From Bdellovibrionota bacterium (GTDB lineage: Bacteria; Bdellovibrionota_C; UBA2361; OMII01): DNA of 17,016 bases. How positions within the stretch are numbered: position 1 is the first letter of the stretch; each line of letters starts with the position of its first letter. The notes under the pieces were generated by a model that saw only the letters and a list, made by a program, of their open reading frames with translations, was not told the DNA's origin and made no database searches. Location: contig JBIKWQ010000072.1 in NCBI GenBank assembly GCA_044356215.1, forward strand, positions 1 through 17,016, written 5' to 3'. Shown here in pieces: positions 8,135-16,394 of the stretch. Position numbers and translations under genes: made by a program.

Positions 8135-9319
8135 TTACGCACTCCGAGTCATCTGTCGAGCCCACTCAGCGACCTCTAAGCAAAGATCATTGAGGTCTTC
8201 CAAATTAATGTAATCACTCGAACCGAACCTCTCAAGGGCCTGCTCCACTATCTTAAATATATCCAAGAAACCGACCTCATGGCTCAAAAATCTGGCAACA
8301 GCGACCTCATTAGCAGTATTAAATACCGCGGCTGCACCCTTGCTCCCGTTCAGGCATTCAATAGCCATCCTAACACTAGGGAATCGCTGATGATCGACTG
8401 GCTCAAAAGAGAGCCCCGATAGCTGATTAAAATTAAGTCTTGGGATAACGTCTCTTAACCTTTTTTCAGGAAATGTAAGAGCGTAGGCTATCGGACCCTT
8501 CATATCTGGAACCGATAACTGAGCAAGTAAACCGCCGTCGGTTAAACGTACCATTGAGTGGATGATGCTCTGCGGATGAACGACAACCTCGATACGTTCA
8601 GCCTCTAGATTAAATAACCACTTGGCCTCAATCACCTCCAAAGCCTTATTCATTAAGGTTGATGAATCAACCGAAATCTTGGTCCCCATATTCCACTTTG
8701 GATGTTTCACCGCCTGCTCTGGGGCAATTGACCCAAACTGTGAAAAAGGCGTCTTCAGAAATGGCCCACCTGATGCAGTTAAAACTATACTATCTAGATC
8801 CTCTGATGGAACACCTCGTAGGCACTGAAAAATAGCTGAGTGCTCGCTATCAACCGGAAGCAGCGAGACGCCGTGCTTTTTAGCGAGATCTACAACGAAA
8901 GCACCAGCGACGACTAAACTCTCCTTGTTCGCTAGCGCGACATCCTTACCACTCTCTAGTGCCGCCACAACTCCGGCCAAACCAGCCATACCGACAACGG
9001 CAGCGACGACGATCGACGCCTGACTCTCTTTAACGGCGGCAACTATCTCATCATCTCCGCCAATCAGACGGGTACCCTCAAAAAAGCAGCTATTCGCGGC
9101 GATACCTAGGTGTCCACACAACGCTTCGAATTTCGACCGATCGGACAAGCCAGCCACCTTGGGCTTAAGAGTCTTAATCTGCTCGGCTAACTCAAGTGCG
9201 TTTGAACCCGCGACTAAAAGATCGATCTGAAATTGATCTGGTGCGCTCTTAACGATCTCGACTGTAGATCTGCCTATTGAACCTGTTGAGCCAAGTATAG
9301 CGATTATCTTGGCAGTCAT
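8135..9319 (-). CDS. dxr: 1-deoxy-D-xylulose-5-phosphate reductoisomerase
   Basis: ILGSTGSIG, LANKESLV, PVDSEHSAIFQ, TASGGPF, HPKWNMG-KISVDS, VHPQSIIHSM, NTANEVAV. Confidence 0.98.
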   Translation of the reverse strand: MTAKIIAILGSTGSIGRSTVEIVKSAPDQFQIDLLVAGSNALELAEQIKTLKPKVAGLSDRSKFEALCGHLGIAANSCFFEGTRLIGGDDEIVAAVKESQASIVVAAVVGMAGLAGVVAALESGKDVALANKESLVVAGAFVVDLAKKHGVSLLPVDSEHSAIFQCLRGVPSEDLDSIVLTASGGPFLKTPFSQFGSIAPEQAVKHPKWNMGTKISVDSSTLMNKALEVIEAKWLFNLEAERIEVVVHPQSIIHSMVRLTDGGLLAQLSVPDMKGPIAYALTFPEKRLRDVIPRLNFNQLSGLSFEPVDHQRFPSVRMAIECLNGSKGAAAVFNTANEVAVARFLSHEVGFLDIFKIVEQALERFGSSDYINLEDLNDLCLEVAEWARQMTRSA

Positions 9320-10290
9320 TATTTAACCAGGTCCAGCAATAGTAGCGATACGAGCACAACAGGCGCCGCGGCGATCATCGCGTCAAAGCGATCAAGCACT
9401 CCACCGTGACCTGGGAAGATAGCTCCAAGATCTTTAACTCCACGAAGTCGTTTCATATAAGACTTCGCCAGATCTCCCATTTGAGCGGCTAAGGTCACAG
9501 AGAGCGATACAAGCACAACACTACTCATCGATGTACTCTCACACACTAGGACTCTCCAAAGAAGCGTTCCAGCTATGGTGCCAACAACTAGCCCCGCTAT
9601 ACTTCCCTCGATACTCTTATTAGGTGAGAGAGCTGGCGCGAGCTTATGCGACCCTACCGCTCTTCCAACAAAATAGGCCGCCGAGTCGTTTAACGCGGCG
9701 CAACCGATAATCCACCACAGAAGCGCTATGCCGTTTGATATACCACTAATGACTATTAGAGCTGGGGCACAGATAGAGATGATTAAGAAGCCCACTCCGT
9801 AACGCGCGGCGAAACGTCCAGCCGCATCTAGTGAATTTCGGCCCTCTAACACCATCGCTGCCATTAACAATTCACCTGATACCGCCGTCGCGGCGTATAT
9901 CGATCGCCAGCTAATAGCGCCATCGAGAACTCCATAAACCGCTGAGAGGGCGGCTGCTACCGCTGGGAGCGCCATGATCGCGTACAGAATCACTCCGTGG
10001 ACTGGTCGATACGCGGTCGTTTCACTGTGACGCGCGAACAACCTTGCGACCTCAAAGGTCGCCATCGCTACTAGCGATGTGGTGAAAGCTACAGTTATAA
10101 AGCCACCGTAAGGGATATTAAACGCCGCGATCGTTAGAAGCAGCGCCCCAACCAGGACATATAGAGCCGTGAGCAAACGGTCCTTTAATGAACCATTACC
10201 GTCATAAGTAAAGATCTTCGCCAGAGAATTAAGCTTTGGCGATCTGGTCTTGGGTGAGTCCGAACCTTCTGTTGCGTCCCGCGAATACAT
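9319..10290 (-). CDS. cdsA: Phosphatidate cytidylyltransferase (start uncertain)
   Basis: Hydrophobic protein with DSAAYFVG, SPNKSIEG, GDLxxSxxKR and PGHGGVLDRFD. TAATG overlap with dxr. ATG 10290 has an AGGTG SD-like sequence but overlaps uppS. Confidence 0.92.
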   Translation of the reverse strand: MYSRDATEGSDSPKTRSPKLNSLAKIFTYDGNGSLKDRLLTALYVLVGALLLTIAAFNIPYGGFITVAFTTSLVAMATFEVARLFARHSETTAYRPVHGVILYAIMALPAVAAALSAVYGVLDGAISWRSIYAATAVSGELLMAAMVLEGRNSLDAAGRFAARYGVGFLIISICAPALIVISGISNGIALLWWIIGCAALNDSAAYFVGRAVGSHKLAPALSPNKSIEGSIAGLVVGTIAGTLLWRVLVCESTSMSSVVLVSLSVTLAAQMGDLAKSYMKRLRGVKDLGAIFPGHGGVLDRFDAMIAAAPVVLVSLLLLDLVK

Positions 10291-11008
10291 GAAGACACCT
10301 ATATAATTCATCACGTGAAAAATCGGGCCACAGCTGAGGCGATACAACTATCTCAGAATAGGCTAACTGCCAGAGTAAGAAATTTGAGATTCGGGTCTCA
10401 TCACTTGTACGGATAAGGAGATCCGGATCCGGAACATCTGGCAGATAAAGCGAACCGGAGATTAAATCCTCAGTGATCGCCTCTGGCTCAAGCTCCCCTG
10501 ATTGTATAGCCTTCCCGAGCTTGCGAAATCCCTGTACTAGCTCATCTCGCCCGCCATATGAGACCGCCAAGATCAGATCCATGCCAGTTAGATCCTTAGT
10601 ACGTTCCTCATTTTTTCTTAGGAGTTCCCGCACAGGGGCTGGCAACCGCGAGAGGTTCCCCATAGCGCGAAGCCTAATATCGTTCTTCAGGAGTAGCTCT
10701 AGCTCAGACTCCAGATGCTGCACGAAGAGGTGCATCAATCCACCGACTTCCTCCTCTGGCCTGCGCCAATTCTCGGTTGAGAAAGCGAACAGGGTCAGAT
10801 GTCTTATACCGAGACGACGAGCCTCCTCAACAACCATGCGAACGGTCTTTGCCCCGTTTCTGTGACCCTCTAGCCGTGGCAAAAAGCGCTTTTTAGCCCA
10901 TCTGCCATTTCCATCCATAATAACAGCCATGTGGCGTGGCAACACCTTAGGGGCAGCGCGCGAAACCGCATCTATAACATCGGACTGCTCGGCTGAGAGT
11001 ATAGTCAT
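10229..11008 (-). CDS. uppS: Undecaprenyl/polyprenyl diphosphate synthase
   Basis: HMAVIMDGNGRWA, FAFSTENWRRP, SYGGRDE, PDLLIRTS, RISNFLLWQLAYSE, RRFG. Confidence 0.97.
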   Translation of the reverse strand: MTILSAEQSDVIDAVSRAAPKVLPRHMAVIMDGNGRWAKKRFLPRLEGHRNGAKTVRMVVEEARRLGIRHLTLFAFSTENWRRPEEEVGGLMHLFVQHLESELELLLKNDIRLRAMGNLSRLPAPVRELLRKNEERTKDLTGMDLILAVSYGGRDELVQGFRKLGKAIQSGELEPEAITEDLISGSLYLPDVPDPDLLIRTSDETRISNFLLWQLAYSEIVVSPQLWPDFSRDELYRCLHVFAGRNRRFGLTQDQIAKA

Positions 11009-11031
11009 ACCTTATTACCGCCTGTGGAGGA

Positions 11032-11586
11032 TCAAACCTCCATCATCTCCTTCTCTTTGGCGGCGGCAGCGCTATCTACATCGACGATAACCTTATCGAG
11101 GATCTTCTGGATCTCATCCTGAGCGCGACGAGAATCATCCTCTGACATCTCCTTGTTCTTAACCTTCTTCTTAACACCTTCGACCTCATCGCGCCGCAGA
11201 TTACGCAGAGCAACACGTGTCTCTTCCGCCATCTTGTTGACCTTCTTAAGAAGATCCTTTCTGCGCTCCTCGTTAAGAGCAGGGATAATAACGCGAATCA
11301 GTGAGCCATCGCGGCTCGGATTTAATCCTAGGTCTGACTGCTGAATAGCTTTCTCAATAGCCTCTAGCGCGCCTGCATCATAAACCTGAATCGTGAGCAT
11401 GCGCGGCTCTGGAGCGGAAACCATTCCCAACTGCTGCAAAGACACATTCGACCCATAGTAGTTCACCATCAATCCCTCAAGAAGAGATGGGGTCGCGCGA
11501 CCTGAGCGCAATCGTGACAGCTCCTTCTTGTAATGCTCGAGAGTCTTTGCGCACTGCGCTTTGTAATTATCGAATTGCGAACTCAT
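11032..11586 (-). CDS. frr: Ribosome recycling factor
   Basis: LRSGRATPSLL, YYGS, LGLNP, IPALNEERRKDL, RVALRNLRRD, KEKEMMEV. Confidence 0.98.
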   Translation of the reverse strand: MSSQFDNYKAQCAKTLEHYKKELSRLRSGRATPSLLEGLMVNYYGSNVSLQQLGMVSAPEPRMLTIQVYDAGALEAIEKAIQQSDLGLNPSRDGSLIRVIIPALNEERRKDLLKKVNKMAEETRVALRNLRRDEVEGVKKKVKNKEMSEDDSRRAQDEIQKILDKVIVDVDSAAAAKEKEMMEV

Positions 11587-11616
11587 ATTCCGCTCCTAAA
11601 TTTTCTAATAATTAAA

Positions 11617-12354
11617 CTAACCTTCGACTCGGGTACCAACGGCTTCTCCACAAACGATCCGTTTTAGATTACCCTCCTCTCCGATATCAAACACAATAAT
11701 CGGAAGTTTATTTTCCATGCATAGAGAGATAGCAGCAGCGTCCATTACCCGCAATCCTTTCTGCAGGACATCCATAAACGAAACATGCGTGTAGGGTTTG
11801 GCGTCCTTGTTTTTCATCGGGTCACTATCGTAGATCGCGTCTACCTTAGTACCCTTTAGAAGAACCTCTGCGCCCACTTCCATCGCGCGCAAACTCGCCG
11901 CTGTGTCTGTTGTAAAGAATGGATTACCTGTTCCACAGGCGAATATTACGACACGACCTTTTTCTAGGTGACGGGTAGCGCGCCTTTTGATGTATGGCTC
12001 TGAGATTTCACGCATCTCAATAGCAGAGAGAACTCGTGTGTAAACGCCATCAGCCTCTAGTCGATCTTGAAGCGCCAAGGCATTAATAGCTGTGGCCAAC
12101 ATCCCCATGTAGTCGCCGGTTACCCGATCCAAACCTTGGGATCCGGCCTGAACTCCACGGAAAATATTTCCTCCGCCGATTACAACACCGACCTCTACCC
12201 CTAGCTCTACAACCTCATGAATCTGCCGGCAAAGACCGTTAAGAATATCAGGGTCGATGCCCAAGCCTTTATCTCCCGCCAAGATCTCGCCGCTGAGCTT
12301 AAGAAGGATCCGTTTATACTTAACCTGCGTCCCCTCTTGGCTGCTCGCGACCAT
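11617..12354 (-). CDS. pyrH: Uridylate kinase
   Basis: [44 protein letters not shown]. Start moved to ATG 12354, which has a GAGGAAGGA SD. The ORF-track extension to 12471 runs through an intergenic hairpin. Confidence 0.97.
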   Translation of the reverse strand: MVASSQEGTQVKYKRILLKLSGEILAGDKGLGIDPDILNGLCRQIHEVVELGVEVGVVIGGGNIFRGVQAGSQGLDRVTGDYMGMLATAINALALQDRLEADGVYTRVLSAIEMREISEPYIKRRATRHLEKGRVVIFACGTGNPFFTTDTAASLRAMEVGAEVLLKGTKVDAIYDSDPMKNKDAKPYTHVSFMDVLQKGLRVMDAAAISLCMENKLPIIVFDIGEEGNLKRIVCGEAVGTRVEG

Positions 12355-12405
12355 CTTAATCCTTCCTCTACTTAAACTTTTATCGATCTGGACTTTAGGG
12401 CTATC

Positions 12406-12454
12406 CCCGTACATGGGCTCCCCGCAACAGGGAGCCCACGTACGGATGTACGGG
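12406..12454 (-). other. Strong stem-loop in the tsf-pyrH intergenic region
   Basis: Minus strand CCGTACGTGGGCTCCC-tgttgcg-GGGAGCCCATGTACGG forms a 16-bp stem with one G-U pair. No U-tract follows. Confidence 0.7.
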
Positions 12455-12457
12455 TAA

Positions 12458-13114
12458 TTAAGCCTGACCAACCATCGCGGCTACGTCAGCGGCGATATTG
12501 CTCTGTACCTTCTCGATACCTTCGCCAACTTCCATGCGGACGAAACGTCGCACAGTAACCTTCTCTCCGCACTTCATGCTGAGAGCCTCAACCATATCGC
12601 GGATGCTCTTTGATTCGGTCTCGTCCTTAATGAAGATCTGGCGCAATAACACCGCGCTCTCAAGGAACTTCTCGATCTTTCCTGGAAGGATCTTATCGGC
12701 CTTCTTCTTCTGCTCTTCATTTAACTGCTCAAAAGCGATCTCCTTCTCCTTGGCTAGAATAGCCTCAGGAACATCCTCATCTGTGAGGTAAGCTGGCTTC
12801 ATCGCCGCTACGTGCATAGCGATATCACGAGCTAGCTGACGGAACTCATCTCCGCGAGCTACGAAATCAGTTTCGCAGTTAAGCTCTACTACCGAGATAA
12901 CCTGGTCACCTGGGTGAACATAAACCCCCATCGTGCCCTCGGCGGCAGTCTTGCCGGCGCGCTTAGCGATATCCTTCAATCCCTTCTTACGGAGAATTTC
13001 GATAGCCTTATCCATAGAGCCTTCAGCCTCGTTCAGGGCTGATTTGCAATCCATCATTCCAGCTCCGGTCATCTCACGAAGCTTCTTAATCATCTCACTT
13101 GTTATCTCTGACAT
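12458..13114 (-). CDS. tsf: Elongation factor Ts (short, ~218-aa form)
   Basis: [51 protein letters not shown]. Confidence 0.98.
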   Translation of the reverse strand: MSEITSEMIKKLREMTGAGMMDCKSALNEAEGSMDKAIEILRKKGLKDIAKRAGKTAAEGTMGVYVHPGDQVISVVELNCETDFVARGDEFRQLARDIAMHVAAMKPAYLTDEDVPEAILAKEKEIAFEQLNEEQKKKADKILPGKIEKFLESAVLLRQIFIKDETESKSIRDMVEALSMKCGEKVTVRRFVRMEVGEGIEKVQSNIAADVAAMVGQA

Positions 13115-13152
13115 ATTACTCTTCCTATAAGTTTATAAAAAATAACGGTCTT

Positions 13153-13201
13153 AAAAGTAAGGAAAACCCCGCCAGAGGCATGGACACGACCTCTGGCGGG
13201 G
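13153..13201 (-). terminator. Intrinsic terminator/attenuator-like hairpin between rpsB and tsf
   Basis: Perfect 12-bp stem CCCCGCCAGAGG (13167-13178 / 13190-13201) with an 11-nt loop, followed on the minus strand by TTTTCCTTACTTTT. Confidence 0.75.
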
Positions 13202-13226
13202 CAACCCCTAAAAACGGGAGCCCTGC

Positions 13227-14075
13227 TTACGCTACGGCTACTCCCCCCTCGGTGCCGGTAGCGGCATGCGAGCCGTTAGCCACCTCGCGTTGCTCTCCAC
13301 CACCCTGCTGCGGGAAACGCGCTGCCTGTAGAGCGCGACCCTCATTGATAGCGTCAGCTACAGCCGAGCAGAACAAACGTATCGTCCTAGCTGCATCGTC
13401 ATTCGACGGGATCGGGAACATAACAGAAGCCGGATCGGCGTTAGTATCAACGAGAGCCACAACTGGAATATGCAAACGATTAGCCTCAGCGATAGCGATC
13501 GACTCCTTAACAACATCGATGATGAAGATCACATCTGGTGTCTTCTTCATGTTACGGATACCGCCCAAGTTAGCCTCAAGCTTCTCAACCTGACGGCTGA
13601 TATCGAGACGCTCCTTCTTGGTGATCTTAATTTTTGTTCCCTCGGCTGAAGCCTCAGCTAAGAGGTTCTCAAGTTTACGCATGCGATCAATTGAGTTCTT
13701 GATCGTCTGGAAGTTGCTCAAGCAGCCACCCAACCAACGAGATGAGATATAGAAAGCTCCACAGCGTGAGGCCTCCTCTTTTACGATATCTTTTGCCTGC
13801 TGCTTCGTTCCAACAAAGAGAACGTTTCCACCAAGTGATACGCGATCTACGATGTACTTGCGGGCGATCTCCCACTTCCTCATCGTGATATCCAAGTTAA
13901 TGATATGAACTCCGTTACGAGCGCCGTAGATATTCGGTAACATCTTAGGATTCCAGCGCTGCGTCTGGTGACCGTAGTGAGCTCCGGCTTCGATTAAATT
14001 CTTGATAGTTACTGGTGTACCTGGCTCAATGCCCGGCGCTTTCTCTGACGCTGTAGCGTCTGTTGCTGTTGACAT
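13227..14075 (-). CDS. rpsB: 30S ribosomal protein S2
   Basis: LIEAGAHYGHQTQRWNPKM, GVHIINL, LFVGTKQQA, RWLGGCLSNF, ALVDTNADP, PSNDDA. Confidence 0.99.
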   Translation of the reverse strand: MSTATDATASEKAPGIEPGTPVTIKNLIEAGAHYGHQTQRWNPKMLPNIYGARNGVHIINLDITMRKWEIARKYIVDRVSLGGNVLFVGTKQQAKDIVKEEASRCGAFYISSRWLGGCLSNFQTIKNSIDRMRKLENLLAEASAEGTKIKITKKERLDISRQVEKLEANLGGIRNMKKTPDVIFIIDVVKESIAIAEANRLHIPVVALVDTNADPASVMFPIPSNDDAARTIRLFCSAVADAINEGRALQAARFPQQGGGEQREVANGSHAATGTEGGVAVA

Positions 14076-14096
14076 AATATATTCCTTTTTTGTCTT

Positions 14097-14222
14097 AGTT
14101 TGTCCTCCCCGCCCGATATACCTCCTGGCCAGATTTGTATGATGAACCTCTCCTCGTTAAGGAAGCGTGTCAAAACGACAAGTTAGCCAGGGAAGCACCA
14201 AGACCGATGCGGGTGCGAAATC
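14097..14222 (-). ncRNA. rpsB 5' leader (S2 autoregulatory leader / t44-like RNA)
   Basis: Minus strand reads GCACCCGCATCGG...GGTGC...CCTGGC...GCCAGG...CGGGCGGGGAGGACAAAC. Its position and the ACNCGC...GGTGC...GCGNGGAGG...AAC layout resemble the known rpsB leader. Confidence 0.7.
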
Positions 14223-14259
14223 GGGGCGGAGCATAGCACCTTTTGTGGTTCGGTGCCAA
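14223..14259 (-). promoter_or_regulatory. rpsB promoter (extended -10, GC-rich discriminator)
   Basis: TTGGCA (14259-14254), 18 bp spacer, TATGCT (14235-14230) with a TG-n extension, followed by CCGCCCC. Confidence 0.6.
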
Positions 14260-14376
14260 CTGTCTGCCGGGCCGCATAGCCAACCGGAATAAGGCTCTGG
14301 CTTAGAGCACGACAAACCGGCATTTTCTCAAACAATTACATTCGGTTAACAGCAACTGGCTGAGTCTACAGCAAGC

Positions 14377-15168
14377 CTAGGCACACACATCAGCAAGTCG
14401 CTCGAAAGCTGCCATTCCGACATCTCCGAGGTCTAAGCTCCACTGATTGACGTATAGATCAACGTGCGACCAGATAGCGTTTTGGTCTAACTCTTGCGCG
14501 TGGAGCTTCATGGTTTCATAAGCCATACTCCGATTCGCATAGCTAAAATCAATCGAGGATCTGACCGCCTTTTCGAATAATTGCTGCGTATCTACGCTCA
14601 CTCGCTTGTGCGCCACTAAACACCCAAGCGGCAACGGCAGACGATATCTCCGCTCCCATAAAGCTCCGAGATCGGCCAGACATTCCAGACCCAGGCTCTG
14701 ATAAACAAAGCGCCCCTCATGAATAACTACTCCGTAATCGGCTTCTCCTTTTAAAAGTGCCGGCATAATCTCAGAGAAAACCGTTTGCTTTACTCCACTA
14801 ACAGCCTCAGGAAAAAAGTGTCGGAATAGAGCATATGCGGTCGTTGCCTCTCCAGGTGCCAAAACACGCGACAGAGGTCCAATTGGGGCCGCGCCAGGAC
14901 GAGCTACAACGAGCGGGCCTACGCCGTATCCCAGCGCCGCTCCAACTGAGCACAAACGGTATCTATCACTGTGTCTTATAGCGGCCACGGCGCTGACCTT
15001 ACAGAGATCAAAGCGCTCCTCTGCCATCCCCTCATTAAGCTTTTGAATGTCAGCCAATTCTATCGATAGAGGTTGATGAGATATCACCTGCCCAGAGATT
15101 AACCCGCAGAAAACGAAGGTGTCGTTGGGGCACGGTGATATGGCTAGCTTTATCGTCATAGAGTCCAT
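14377..15168 (-). CDS. mqnD: 1,4-dihydroxy-6-naphthoate synthase (futalosine menaquinone pathway)
   Basis: SPCPNDTFVF, ADIQKLN, GAALGYGVGPL, PGEATTA, IHEGRFVY, DLGALW, LPLPLG, HAQE, HVDLYVN. The start may be 15159. Confidence 0.93.
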   Translation of the reverse strand: MDSMTIKLAISPCPNDTFVFCGLISGQVISHQPLSIELADIQKLNEGMAEERFDLCKVSAVAAIRHSDRYRLCSVGAALGYGVGPLVVARPGAAPIGPLSRVLAPGEATTAYALFRHFFPEAVSGVKQTVFSEIMPALLKGEADYGVVIHEGRFVYQSLGLECLADLGALWERRYRLPLPLGCLVAHKRVSVDTQQLFEKAVRSSIDFSYANRSMAYETMKLHAQELDQNAIWSHVDLYVNQWSLDLGDVGMAAFERLADVCA

Positions 15169-15227
15169 AACGTATCAATAAAGCGAACTTTGCTAAAGTC
15201 AGACACGCTCGTTGCCCTTCGCTTCCC

Positions 15228-15255
15228 TTGCATAAACCCTTTTCACCTCTATAAT
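15228..15255 (+). promoter_or_regulatory. Sigma70 promoter of the YebC-family gene
   Basis: TTGCAT (15228-15233), 16 bp spacer, TATAAT (15250-15255). GAGGAA SD before ATG 15286. Confidence 0.65.
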
Positions 15256-15285
15256 ACACGACGTACACCATAACGAGGAAAGTAA

Positions 15286-16002
15286 ATGGGTCGCATATTT
15301 GAAAAACGCAAAGATAGAATGTTTGCTCGCTGGGCTAAAACCGCCAAAGCATTTACCAAACTCGGTAAAGAGATCGCGATTTCAGTAAAGCTTGGCGGCG
15401 CCGATCCAGACAACAACCCACGTCTTCGTATGGCTATCCAAACAGCGCGGTCGCTTAATATGCCTAAGGACCGGATTGAGGCCGCCATTAAGCGAGCTTC
15501 ATCACGTGACGAAGCCGAGTTAAACGAGATCACTTATGAGGCTTATGCTCCACACGGCGTAGCTCTCTTTATCGAAACCGCTACGGATAATCCTACGCGC
15601 ACGATCGCTAACGTACGCAATATCGTCACTAAGAACGGCGGCAAGATGGCCACCACTGGAGCACTCGAGTACGTCTTCGATCGCAAAGGTGTTTTTAAAG
15701 TGGGGACTCCAGAGGGAGATCTAGATGATTTCGAATTAGAAATGATTGATCACGGGTTAGAGGAGATCTTTGAGGCTGAGGATGGACTACTTCTCTATTC
15801 GAGCTTTAAACAGTTTGGCGATCTACAAAAAGCTCTGGAGGCGCGCAAAATAGAAGTGAAGAGCGCCGCGCCTCAAAGGATGGCGAATAACTTTGTAGCC
15901 GTTACAGAGGAACAGGAAGCCGAGATCCAAAAGCTAGTAGACAGGCTCGAGGAAGATGACGACGTGCAGAGCGTGTTTAGTAATATTCAGGCTCGGGAGT
16001 AA
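15286..16002 (+). CDS. yebC: YebC/PmpR (TACO1) family protein
   Basis: FTKLGKEI, DPDNNPRLR, NMPKDRIE-AI, YEAYAPHGVA, TDNPTRT, FDRKG, LEEDDDVQSVFSN. Confidence 0.95.
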   Translation: MGRIFEKRKDRMFARWAKTAKAFTKLGKEIAISVKLGGADPDNNPRLRMAIQTARSLNMPKDRIEAAIKRASSRDEAELNEITYEAYAPHGVALFIETATDNPTRTIANVRNIVTKNGGKMATTGALEYVFDRKGVFKVGTPEGDLDDFELEMIDHGLEEIFEAEDGLLLYSSFKQFGDLQKALEARKIEVKSAAPQRMANNFVAVTEEQEAEIQKLVDRLEEDDDVQSVFSNIQARE

Positions 16003-16097
16003 ATAGACGCTAGATACACCTGTGCGCTGCGAATCGGAGAACGCAATAAAGTGATATAGAAGACGCCCTAAGAAGAAAGTGCTAGGACGTTAGCTAA

Positions 16098-16370
16098 CCT
16101 AGGGACGGCCGGCAAAACCCCTCCCTACTGCGAAAGCGGATCTTGAGGTGCTCTTCAAGTTTTCGAGATGGGGGATAACCGCGCCAGACTACGCCAAGGC
16201 TAGGTCTGGCCCGACAAGAACCTCGTCGGCCGTAGCTTTAGCGAGGGCTGGAGATGTATCCGCGGCTCGCCGAAGTCTGAGATACATTGAGGATTTTTCC
16301 CATCTCGAAAACTCGAAGAGCGGCTCAAGATCCGCTTTCGCAGCAGGGAGGGTAGCCGGCCTTCCTTAGG
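16098..16370. repeat. Complete 273-bp composite palindromic (MITE/REPIN-like) repeat, copy 2
   Basis: Outer arms 16098-16172 and 16299-16370 are imperfect inverted repeats. Internal hairpins at 16183-16210, 16211-16229, 16226-16251 and 16255-16286. Homologous to 1-136. Confidence 0.9.
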
Positions 16371-16394
16371 AAAGAAATCGCCCTGGTGGACGGC

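Noticed and set aside
10395..10412. UppS RTSDE instead of the usual RTSGE
   Set aside because: A single substitution with the catalytic Asp and Arg residues and SNF intact. There is no basis for a functional claim.
12355..12471. 39-aa N-terminal extension of PyrH in the ORF track
   Set aside because: It overlaps the tsf end and the intergenic hairpin. ATG 12354 has a strong SD and gives a normal-length protein.
12458..13114. Short EF-Ts as a truncated pseudogene
   Set aside because: The ~200-220-aa form is a known natural variant (e.g. Thermus, cyanobacteria, several deltaproteobacteria), and all motifs are intact.
4957..13593. Numerous 60-165-aa overlapping ORFs (e.g. 4957..5304, 10473..10865, 12498..12791, 13099..13593)
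   Set aside because: Antisense or alternate-frame shadows of highly conserved genes, with biased composition and no motifs.
14240..14259. TTGGCAC upstream of rpsB as a sigma-54 -24 element
   Set aside because: There is no TTGC at the required GG-N10-GC spacing. It is better explained as a sigma70 -35 box.
16183..16290. CRISPR-like or tRNA-like reading of the internal hairpins
   Set aside because: No regularly spaced direct repeats with unique spacers, no cas genes, and no T-loop, anticodon or CCA features.
16148..16369. 73-aa ORF inside repeat copy 2 (and 119..352 starting in copy 1)
   Set aside because: The homologous frame in copy 1 has a TGA stop and an extra T (frameshift), and there is no SD or recognisable domain. 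Most likely a by-product of the palindrome.
1..16370. The two repeat copies as ends of a 16-kb composite transposon or genomic island
   Set aside because: The enclosed DNA is essential core genes (rpsB, tsf, frr, rho) and there is no transposase or integrase. Independent insertions are more parsimonious.
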